Of a stretch of DNA of 64,000 nucleotides, positions 1 through 11,280 are shown piece by piece (positions within the stretch are counted from its first letter, which is position 1; each line of letters opens with the position of its first letter). The notes under the pieces are model-generated. The model had not been told where the DNA came from. It saw only the letters and a program-made list of their open reading frames with translations, and searched no databases. This DNA is from Octopus sinensis (taxonomy: Eukaryota): contig NW_021832838.1 in assembly GCF_006345805.1 (NCBI RefSeq), positions 35,695-99,694 of the forward strand, read 5' to 3'. Position numbers and translations under genes: made by a program.

Positions 1-431
1 ATTATTATTATCACCATTACCACTACTACTATTATTCCTATTACCACCACAACTATCACTACTATCCTCACTACTACTTCTACTGTTACCATCACCACTA
101 CTAGTACCACTATTATTGTTATTACCTTTATTCCTACCATTGCCATTATTACTATCATCGCTAGTGATATATTCATTGTTCCTGTTTCTGGTATATGTGT
201 TGTTCATATTAGTGTTGGGTTTTATGTCTGTCTGTTGGTCCCTGTCATTCCCCCTGTTGTGGTTGTTATTTTTGTTCCTATGAGTATTGTTATCTGTTTC
301 AAGTCTGCTGACTCCCTGTCCAGGGATCCTGTTGCATTCAACTTTATTCTCCATCGTGACCCCCATGACACAACTTTTATTCGTGTCTTTGTGACTATGG
401 TTATCTGTGTGTGTGTTTGTGTGTTGGTTCT

Positions 432-949
432 CCCCAGGAGGTGAACTGGCGTACCGCTTTAGAAGGACCCTAGATAAACTTAAACTAAGAATTAAGGTTG
501 TTGAAAAGCCAGGCAACCCTATCAAATCTATAATTGGTAGAACCTATCCTTTTAGTAGAACCCTCTGTACGGATAACTATTGCACTGTATGTAGATTTAG
601 CCCAAAAACAAACTGTAAAGCCAGAAATGTAGTCTATAGTATAAGATGTATAGAGGGACGATGCAGTAACAAGACAATAACATACGTAGGGGAAACGGCA
701 AGAAGCATAGGAGAGCGGGTGAATAAACATTGGAGACAACTCAAGGAAGGCAAAAGCTCATCGATTCTGTACCAACACGCCGAACAGGAACACGGGGGAT
801 CAATCAATAACATAGATATTAAGATATTGTCCACACATAGAACAGATGCAACAATTAGACAAATTACAGAAGCTACACATATAATAGAAAATAAACCTAG
901 CCTGAATAGAAAACTAGAATGGAGCAATAGCACACACCACAACATATGA
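432..949 (+). mobile_element. Penelope-like element, 5'-truncated: Cys-rich linker plus C-terminal GIY-YIG endonuclease (Neptune-like)
   Basis: The frame reads PGGELAYRFRRTL...IKVVEKPG..IKSII.R..PF, then C-x4-C-x2-C...C, then NVVYSIRC-x4-C..TYVGETARSIGERVNKH...LYQH...EH...RQITEATHI...PSLNRKLEW. This is the GIY-YIG signature with the catalytic R and E and the CCHH residues. The first codons of the track ORF (407-431) are not element sequence. Confidence 0.93.
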
Positions 950-1061
950 CGATAGAGGATCCCGAAAACATAATAAATAAATACACAGATAAATAAACAA
1001 ATAGAAATGAATAACTATATATATGTATATATATATATATGTATATGTGTATATATATGTG

Positions 1062-1098
<37 letters not shown>

Positions 1099-1675
1099 GT
1101 GTATATATATGTGTATATGTATATATATATATTTTTTTTTCGATTAGATTTATTATTATTATTACTAATATTGTTGTTATACATACATACAAGCATATGT
1201 AATGATAATAATGGGTGGATGTAAACACATGAACAAAATTAGAACAAAAGCAACAACAACAAAAACAAAATACAAATTACATGAATGTACATAAACAGAA
1301 GATACAAATATTACAGGCATCCCCCCCCCACGCACACTAAATAAACATAGACGCACATAGAGATATAAGCATGCGCAAATGAAGACATACAATAGAAATA
1401 CAAAATGGCTGACGGTTAGTAAGGAGAGACACAAATACGGAAGAAGAAAACAAATGACCACTGATGCAGTCACAGGAGTGTGACGAAAGAACTCTAGCCG
1501 AAATAAGATTAAGATTAATGTAAAAAATAAATATCACTGAAGCAAAATAACACCAAATATATAGTGCGTGTGTTTTTATTGGCTAAACTGGCAATATGAC
1601 CACTCCGAAATATAACAATATCTGTTTCAACACACGACTTCACATAAAAAATCTTGCACAACAAATGTTTAAACG

Positions 1676-1680
<5 letters not shown>
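950..1680 (+). mobile_element. 3' UTR / pseudo-LTR of the Penelope-like element, interrupted by (TA)n
   Basis: Directly follows the GIY-YIG stop and carries a hammerhead-like motif at 1456-1499. Its end (1582-1616) recurs inverted at about 15701-15735, so it is a dispersed repeat. Confidence 0.65.
1456..1499 (+). ncRNA. degenerate or variant minimal type I hammerhead ribozyme
   Basis: gacca-CTGATGCA-gtcaca[ggag]tgtgac-GAA-ag[aa]ct-C-tagcc. Stem II is a perfect 6 bp, stem I pairs 3 of 5, and the core has an extra or changed base. Confidence 0.5.
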
Positions 1681-1707
<27 letters not shown>

Positions 1708-1719
1708 CTATATATATAT

Positions 1720-1920
1720 TATGCACGAAGGAAAAGTGGTTATCCAACACTCTAGAAATAGGAGTTAAATCCAAACCACGGAAAAACTAATTCGTTTTAA
1801 TTAATATTAGTTTCAAGTAATATTTAAATTTTACTCTAATTAGTTTTTTTCGTGGTTTGGGATTGAACATCTATTTCTGGCGTGTTGGAAAATCACTTAT
1901 AGGCTTTCTCTTCGTATATA
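1720..1920. mobile_element. MITE-like foldback element
   Basis: Imperfect ~60-bp inverted arms (aagtggttatccaacac...aaaccacggaaaaactaatt / aattagttttttcgtggtttgg...gtgttggaaaatcactt), flanked by TA runs. Confidence 0.6.
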
Positions 1921-2028
1921 TTTTTTATACAGACATATAATATAATATTTGCAGTCTACGGACATGTTTACTCACGCTGGCCACTGGTAAAAATTAATAT
2001 TTAATTTTTACCCTATATTTTTAGATTT

Positions 2029-2059
<31 letters not shown>

Positions 2060-2069
<10 letters not shown>

Positions 2070-2364
2070 AATAAAGGGTAATAATATAGGTTATTACTAC
2101 CAGTGGCTCAGCACAAAAGACGAATTAGTCATTTGACAAAATATTATTCATATAGAAAAAGATTATTCATGTAGAAATATAATTAAGGGCTCCTAAATAA
2201 GGATGCCAAGTGCTGGGGACACAAAAAGGGGATAAATTTATCGAGAGTGAAAATCAAAAACATTTACCGATAACTTTACATCTCGGATTGATATCAGTTT
2301 CTACCTCTTTCTCTAGCAAAACACAGAATATGTTTGCTAGGGCTGGTTTCATCAGTGAGACGCC

Positions 2365-2370
<6 letters not shown>
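2060..2370 (-). mobile_element. PLE-type terminal-repeat remnant carrying a degenerate hammerhead (2279-2362)
   Basis: The minus strand reads cgtctca-CTGATGA-...-GAA-actgatatcaat-C-cgagatg. The remnant lies between (TA)n runs. Confidence 0.55.
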
Positions 2371-2446
<76 letters not shown>

Positions 2447-3927
2447 GTCTGTATAAATGTATATGTGCGTAAATATGTATATGTATATTGCACTCTATAA
2501 CAGTCAGTGACATGTGATGAACATAGGTCTCCAACGTATGCTGATTGTACTCTCTTTCTATATATATATATATATATATACATACACAAGGGTTAGTTGG
2601 TTTAGAGTTTAAAATAACCGTCTAAGGGATAAAAGTATCCAAAATACCATCGGTATATAACCTATATTTAAGGTAATATACCGGCGAATCGTAAACATCT
2701 GTCATTGTTCCCGTTCTGGAAAACAGTATAAATACATCCAAATCTCGATCGATGAAGGTCACGCTGTCTTCGGCCATGTCGCTCTTTCGACACTACGGTG
2801 AACACCACTCCGCTTATCACAAAAATGAATGTATCACTTTTCCGTTGGCAGTTTTGGGATGTTCTAAACACAAAGACAATACATGACCAAGTCCTAAAGA
2901 CTTAGAAAATAGGTACAGCATTGAAGAACGTAGCATCACGAGGTGCTGTACACATATATAGATAGATAAGGTGCCTCCAACAACATTGGAAGTACATAAC
3001 GACAAAGCAATGGACTGCACACAAAGTAGCACTTGGTCTTGCAAGCAATCAGGACAAAATCAAAAGTGTGCTTTTGATGCGGGGTCGGCTAAACCAGGGT
3101 TGATCTGGGTTTATAAAAACAAAAGCATCAAAATGAGATATGGTTTTAAAATATCAGTTTTACGTACTTTTGTAACAAAGTTTCATTTAATGTTTCAATT
3201 CCTGTCCATTTCTTCATGAAAAATTCAGATCTATCAAATATTAAATATATTCAAATGTTCGAATGGCACATTTTCCCTCACTAAACTCATTCTCTCTTTC
3301 TCCCCTTCTCTCCCTCTCTCCCTTTCTCTCTTTCTCAAACACACACACACACACTTACATACAGTCACATACTTTTTCTCTCTGCCTCTAAGTTTGTCAG
3401 TCCAGCTTACTCACTTTCTCTCCCTCCCACTTTCTTTCTCTCTCTCTTTTCTATCCCCCTCTTCTCTCTCTACACACACACCAGACACACATATATGCAT
3501 GTTATGCATGTATATATATATATATAAATATATATATATATGTAGTTATATAAATATGTGTGTATATATATGAATAATATGTATGTATATATGCATGTAT
3601 ATATGTATATGTATATATATAATATATAAGCAATAAAGGGTTTAGCAACGAATTGCCTTACCACATACCGAATTTAGAAATAGCAGTCAAAGGGCTATAG
3701 CTTGGTGTAATTGATAATTATTCCAAATTAATTAATTTCACCCTTCATTATTACGGATATATATAATATATATATAGATATATCATATCCAAATGTCTAC
3801 TTTTCCTTCCTCTCTTCTCTTTTACATGTTCTTACAGACTTTCTACTTCATACTTTAATGTTTCTATAATTCCAACATAAAGTTCATAAAATACTAATGA
3901 AATTGTTTCAATTTAATTATTTCTCTA

Positions 3928-3973
<46 letters not shown>

Positions 3974-5700
3974 ATACAATATGTCCACTTCTACGTCACA
4001 AATTCTAGCGACATCATAAAGCTTGTCGATTTATTTTCGCAAAACTAACAAAGCCATTATTAAAATGTTTCCTAACATATGTCTATCAATTTATCTAATT
4101 AACCGAGCTCTGTAACATCTCTTGAACCTTCCGTTGCCTCAGTTTCTTCAAAAGACTTGTTTGTTCTTTAATCTCAGCGGAACATTCCCGTAACACTTAT
4201 TCATGTTCGCCATTTTCTGTCAACGCAAATAAACGTAACCTAACATGAAACACAAAACTAGTGAACTCCGATTTGTATTGATGTGTGCCTCATTCAATAA
4301 TTGCCGGCGACTGCTGGTGTTTCTAAGACAATGTGAAGTATTATGACGTACGGTGTATTTGCTTATCGCTGAAATAATGAAAAATGTATGATGGGATGTA
4401 AGGCGCTCTGTGGTCATCACAATTATTTGATTAGGAGCCAGAGTTTCGAACTAGAAAGCATTTTCCACAATTAACTACAAGCTTTATAATTGGAAGAGAC
4501 ACTCTGGTTGTTCTGTATTATTGCAAACTTAATGTAACATTGTATATCTGCAGCTGCAGTCCAGTTGCTAATTTGTAAAAGAAAAATAGCTATTTTTTTT
4601 TTTACAAATAAATAATTCTGTTTGCTCCGTTGCGGGATATATTCTTAACGGTTGTTTGTAAATTATTTAAAAAGTAAAAAATAAATTGTTGAGAGGAATT
4701 TTCGATATTTTTGTAATATATATATACCCATCAATTAGATCACTTGCTCCAATTAAACCATTTCTTGTTCCGCTTTTTCTTTTTTCTACTTTGAACTCAA
4801 ACTTGGTTTGATTGATAGAAAAAGTACGATATTTTATGAAAAGCAAAAGTATATTTTACAAATCCAGTTTTCTTTGAACCAGTTCCGTTCTCTCTTAATT
4901 CTTGTCCTGCCATTTTTTGCCAGAAAACCTATTTTACAAAATACTAAAAAAAAAAAAAGAACAGTCAGATATATTTTCTTTTCTTTCAAGCAACAATTTA
5001 CCTCATAAAATATTCACATTAATTACCATCGATTTTTTCCGTTCTGCTCATTATATTAAACCACAAATGAACCTATTTCGAAGTAAATATATTTATATTT
5101 AATATTTTCATGTTTCAAACAGACTCCCTTACCTTTCTTCATAACAAATTCTATTTCCTTTAATTTCATTTCGTGTGTTTGGCAGAAATACATTGCGATG
5201 TAAATTTATTTTTTTCTTCGTGACTTGAGTTCGTTATTAAAATAATGATACGAATTATACATACTAAAATCTACAAAATGGTCGGTTTTTCTCACCAGGG
5301 ACATCTGCATTATATATGGAGCGGCATCGTGCTTTCATGTCAATGAATTTACAATAAGTATATGATGTTTAATATATCAAAGACATTAGGAATACACCAA
5401 CACCACCGACCACCACCGACCACCACCGACCACAACTACCACCGCCACCAACGACCACCACCACCACCACCACCACCACCACCACTGCCGCCTACTTCTG
5501 GACAAAACAGCGGGAAAAAAAGCTATTAACGTTGTCTTCGCTTATGAAACAATGAGGGTGAAAAAAACATTATTAGTATGCATGAATGCATTGATAGCCA
5601 TAAATGTATGAGTATGCGTATAAATGTGTGCGTGTATGTATGTATGTATATATATTCTGTTTGCTCCGTTGCGGGATATATTCTTAATGGTGTATCTATA

Positions 5701-5737
<37 letters not shown>

Positions 5738-5742
5738 ACATA

Positions 5743-5818
<76 letters not shown>

Positions 5819-5881
5819 TGGATAGATAGATATTGATATATATGTACGTGCGTATATATACGTGCGCATATATGTATATAC

Positions 5882-5916
<35 letters not shown>

Positions 5917-5938
5917 TATGTATATAATATATATATAT

Positions 5939-5981
<43 letters not shown>

Positions 5982-6899
5982 TATATATCGAGAGCGAGAG
6001 AGGATAGCAAAAGAAGACGTATGTAATTTATTTATAAATCCCTTCCCCACCTCCAGTTACGAGCTACACCGCAAATCACACACACACACACACACATGTA
6101 TGTGTATATACATGTATATGTATTATATACATGCATATATATATATGTGTGTGCTTGTGTGTGTATATCTATATCTATATCAATATATATATATATATGT
6201 AAATACACACGCACGCTCACACACACACATATATATGATGACGCATACAAACATGCATATATATATATATATGCACACACACACACGCGCGTGCACTCAC
6301 ACACGCACACACTTACGTGCACATATATCATGTTGTAAACAAATTCTGTTTACGCATAAAATCAGTGAACATTATCGGACTTCATAAAAGTGAAACGTTT
6401 GAAATTTATTACCATTTATCAACACGTAATATATATCCACGTATGTGCATACAAATATATATATATATATTATATATATATATATTTTTATATATATATA
6501 TATATTAAACATATATTTATGCACACATATAAAAATGTGTGTTTGTGTGTGTATGTGTGCGCTCGTGTGAATCCGTGTGTTTTATAAAGTTCACAAATAT
6601 GACGAAAATCTTCGCCTTTTAATATAGACTATAACTCTATCTAATGATACTAGAATATTTGTGTATTTGTTATTTATGTACGGAGCAGATATGCAAAGAC
6701 CTCAGTGAAGGCCTTTGAAACAGGTATGTTACATCTGTCCTAATTGTGTATCGGTTAACCGGATTCTTCTTAATGCGCAACGGTTACATACTGCTAGCTG
6801 TCCTTGACCGCACGTGCATAAATGCATGTATGAATGCATAGATAGATTCAAAACTATACACATGCATCATTGTAAAAGTGAACAGAATCGAAGCAATTA

Positions 6900-7732
6900 G
6901 ACAAAGGCCATGATGGATTTCGAAGCGAAAGAAAAAAGTGGTTGGTAGTGGGGAGACGATTACAAGTAAATCACCAACAAAAGTGAAGAAAGGGACAGAA
7001 GTGATGGTTGGACATAAAGAAAGAGGATATTCAATTGCAAACTGATCACCGTCGAGCAGGAGAGCTGAAAGGTGTGAGTGAGAAACTGCGACATCAGAGG
7101 AGAATAATCGAGGGAAAATTAATTAACAGAAAATTTAATCGGAACCAACAGCAGTGTACAGAGATATGAGAGGAGAAGCAATATATACTATAGATGTTCC
7201 TACTTGTGAAGACAGACTCCTTCTAGAGGAAAATATGGAGCTCTGTGGCTGGAAGAAATTCGATGTAATTATTGTCCCTGCATTACACCGAACACATACA
7301 ACATCCATGGTGATACCCTTGAGATTGTAATTCTAAAACTTCAGAGTAGAAAAGCACGTGGAAGAGACTTGGTTGTTGGGTACTGGTACAAGAAGCTAAC
7401 ATTCTGCCGACCATATCTTATCAACCTATAGCAGCAAGCTCTCAACGGAAATAGCAGCATACCACTCTGGTTAGGTCTGGCAGAGACAAAACTGATTCCC
7501 CAAACCAGAACCACCCATATGGTAAAAACAACTACTGTCCAATTGCATGTCAGAACTTAATTTATAAAATATATACGGTGTGTTTAAATCTCTTGCGCAA
7601 AGACCATTGTGAAAGTAGTTAGATCGTCAGAGCAGAGCAAACGGCTGGGAAGAAGGGAGTCTGTGGGTGTGCCTAGCAATTGTTGTTAAACAAAACTGTT
7701 GTGTCAGAGGCGCAGGGAACATAGAAGCAACC
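6900..7732 (+). pseudogene. R4/NeSL-type (RLE-clade) non-LTR retrotransposon RT, N-terminal part, decayed
   Basis: Translated across stops and frameshifts: KLQSRKARGRDLVVGYWYKKL...IPLWL...TKLIP...NYCPIACQNLIYKIYT...DHCES..IV..EQTAGKKGVCGC.*QLLLNKTV (RT domains 0-2). Confidence 0.85.
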
Positions 7733-9240
7733 CAATTTATCAAAGCGTTGGCTCCGGTCATCTGCGAGCCCTTAACACGACTATTCAATATGTCATTGGC
7801 GACGGGTGTTATACCTGCAGACTGGAGAACAGCGATAATCTGCCCAATTTTCAAGAAAGGGAGCCGCGAAGACCCGCTTAACTACCGACCGGTTTCCCTT
7901 ACATCAATAATCAGCAAGATGTTCGAAACCATCCTTAAGAAAAGTATGATGCTCCACCTCCTAAACACAGCCTCGATCACTGATTCCCAACACGGCTTCG
8001 TGCCGAAGAGATCATGCTTGACCAACTTACTAGTAATGGAAGAATTGGTGACGCGCATCCTCGATGATAGTGATGCTGTTGACATCGTTTTATTGGACTT
8101 TGCCAAAGCTTTTGACTCGGTAAACCACCGCCTACTACTTGTCAAGCTTCAAGCATATAGTTTCCATCCGGATATTGTACGATGGGTTGGTGCCTTCCTC
8201 TCAGATCGCTCCTTCCAAGTTCAAGTTAATGGTTCGCGGTCCGACGTCTCCAGTGCGAGCAGTGGCGTGCCTCAAGGTTCAGTGCTTGGGCCCTTGTTGT
8301 TCTTAGTCTTCATAAATGACTTGCCCGACGACCTCACGCAACACACCCTTCTATTTGCCGACGATATCAAACTGGTCGCTCCTCGCGGTAGTATAGAGGA
8401 TCTTCGTCGATGCCTCCACCAAATTTGGAAGTGGTCTAACGATTGGGACCTGTGTCTGAACGTGTCAAAGTGCTGTCATCTGCCTGTCGGCTCTACTCCT
8501 GCAACTCAACTTGATTTCGAGCCCGGTCGTCTGCTGCTGGAGAGGACCGATCAGGTAAAGGACCTGGGTATCTTGGTGGATTCCTCCTTTTCGCCTTCGC
8601 CCCAGTGCGTCCATGCTGCCAACAAAGCGCGCGGAATTCTGTTTTTGATTCGACGGTCATTCGGAATGCTCACAGCAGCCATATTCCTGCCACTCTATGT
8701 CACGCTGGTGAGACCCATATTGGAGTATGGGATTCAAGCCTCTTCTCCTTATCTCCTCAAAGACATACAGCACCTCGAAAGAGTCCAGAGGCTGGCTACC
8801 CGCATGGTTCATGGCCTCAAAAATTTGTCCTACGAAGAAAGGCTGAGGACGCTCGACCTTTATTCTCTTGAAAAACGCCGCCGCCGTGGTGATCTCATTC
8901 TCGCCCACAACATCATAAGCGGGAAGTGTAACCTCTCGAAAGAGCTGTTCTTCACTCCTGCTCCGGAGCGTCGGCTGCGGGGTCATTCCGAAAAGCTCTA
9001 CCTGCGACGATTTCATCTCATCGAAGGAGAGGAGCTTTCTCCGTCCGGGTTGCGGATCCGTGGAACAAGCTGCCAGACGAGATGGTGAAGATGCCGACGA
9101 CCGCTTTGTTCAAAGCCTCCCTGGACCTCAAGTGGCCTGAACTCTTTACATGAACACCACCCTGTACTTAACTCCATGTCCCCCTACATGGCCTTGCTAT
9201 TTGTTTTTGAGCCAAATTAACTAACTAACTAACTAACTAA
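7733..9240 (+). mobile_element. CR1-clade LINE, 5'-truncated, RT domain nearly intact, (TAAC)n tail
   Basis: Motifs NYRPVSLTS, QHGF, DFAKAFDSV, GVPQGSVLGPLLF, LFADD, KDLG and RLATRMV.GL..LSYEERL. One frameshift near 9020; the other frame continues RRRGAFSVRVADPWNKLPDEMV...ELFT to the TGA at 9151-9153. The short 3' UTR has a ccatgt/acatgg hairpin (9174-9191), followed by (TAAC)n at 9218-9240. Confidence 0.95.
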
Positions 9241-9432
9241 TAATTTCATTGTGGCTGGACTACAAGAAAGCCTCTGACTCTGTCCTCCACTCATAGATGC
9301 TAGAAGCCTTTCGACTTGCAATAGTTCCAGTGAGCATAGTCAAAGCTATAGTTGACCTGACTTCATCGTGGGCCACCATCTTGAAGTTAAATATAAGGAA
9401 TGATTGTATTATCACAGATAAAATACATCATG
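9241..9432 (+). pseudogene. continuation of the R4/NeSL-type RT after the CR1 insertion
   Basis: ISLWLDYKKASDSVLHS*MLEAFRLA.VP..IVKAI..L...W.TIL is RT domain 3 (LDYKKAFDSVPH). It joins the 7732 flank as agaagcaacc|taatttcattgtgg, reading R-S-N-L-I-S-L-W. Confidence 0.85.
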
Positions 9433-10208
<776 letters not shown>

Positions 10209-10319
10209 AGAATCATTAGGATGATGATAAATATATCGTGCAGCAGTGATAATAACAAAAATGGTAATGATAACAACAACCGCAACAACAAATTGCAACT
10301 ACAACAACAATAATAATAG

Positions 10320-10750
10320 TGCGACCGTGAGATAGAGAATAGGAAGCTGGACACAGTCTTAATTGAGAAAGAAAGCAAACTATGCCGGATAATAGATATA
10401 GAATGCCCGGTTGACAACACAGTATGCGATAAGGAAGAAAGAAAAGTCGAGAGATATGATAGGTTAGCTTGGGAGGTTAAGCAGTTGTGGTCGATGGAAA
10501 AGGTGGTAGTAGTACCAATGATTGTCGGAGACCTGGGAACAGTGAGTAAAAGTCTTGAGAAGTGCATGGAGCAAATAGGGGCTGCAATAAAGGTGGAGCA
10601 CTTGCAGAAAACAGCACTGCCTGGGATCGCTCGAATACTCCAGAAGGTGGTCGGAAAATAAGAGGTGTTCCCTTAGTTTACTGGTAGTGGACCGCTGACA
10701 CCGTAGTACATCTCCAGCATTAGAAGCTATGCAAAGGCAATAAAATAACA
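10320..10750 (+). mobile_element. 3' fragment of an RLE-clade LINE: PD-(D/E)xK restriction-like endonuclease and 3' UTR
   Basis: Open frame 10320-10661: CDREIENRKLDTVLIEKESKLCRIIDIECPVD...KEERKVERYDRLAWEVKQLW...VVVPMIVGDLGTVSK...LQKTALPGIARILQKV*. It matches the RPD..IID...P.D / K..KY / VP.VIGALG pattern. Confidence 0.88.
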
Positions 10751-10899
10751 ACAGCAACAGCAGCAGCAGCAACAAGAACACTACAACCACTACCACCACC
10801 ACCCCCCCACCCCCACCACCACCAACACCACCACCACCACCACCACCACCACCATCACCACCAATACCACCAACACCACCACCACCATTGCTTCTCCTG

Positions 10900-11085
10900 G
10901 TTTAGAAATTAATAATCAGATCGAAAAAGTGACAAACCTATCACTGATGCAAAAAAACATCAAACAAAAAGCAAAGAAGGATGGCATGAACAATATCGAA
11001 GACAACTGGAAAGGCAAACTCCTGCATGGAAAACATCCTAACCGCCTGTCCAGACTAGTTATTGATCAAATTCTAACACACCCAT
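10900..11085 (+). pseudogene. post-RT fragment of an RLE-clade LINE
   Basis: IKQKAKKDGMNNIEDNWKGKLLHGKHPNRL...IDQILTH resembles the W..KPLHG.Y...D...TH.WL segment that follows RT in R4/NeSL-type elements. Confidence 0.7.
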
Positions 11086-11280
11086 CCACCCACCCACCCA
11101 CCCACCCACCCACACATCCACACATCCACCCACCCACCCATCCATCCATCCAAATCCACCCATCCATCCATCCACCCATCCATCCACCCACCCATCCATC
11201 CATCCATCCACTCATAATTTAAACTAAACATTTTCTTATACTCTCAGACGAATTCAATTAATCTTGTTAGAGTAAACTGT

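Noticed and set aside
7667-7732. N-terminus of the 473-aa ORF as a genuine start
   Set aside because: These bases belong to the older RLE element in another frame; the CR1 is 5'-truncated at ~7733.
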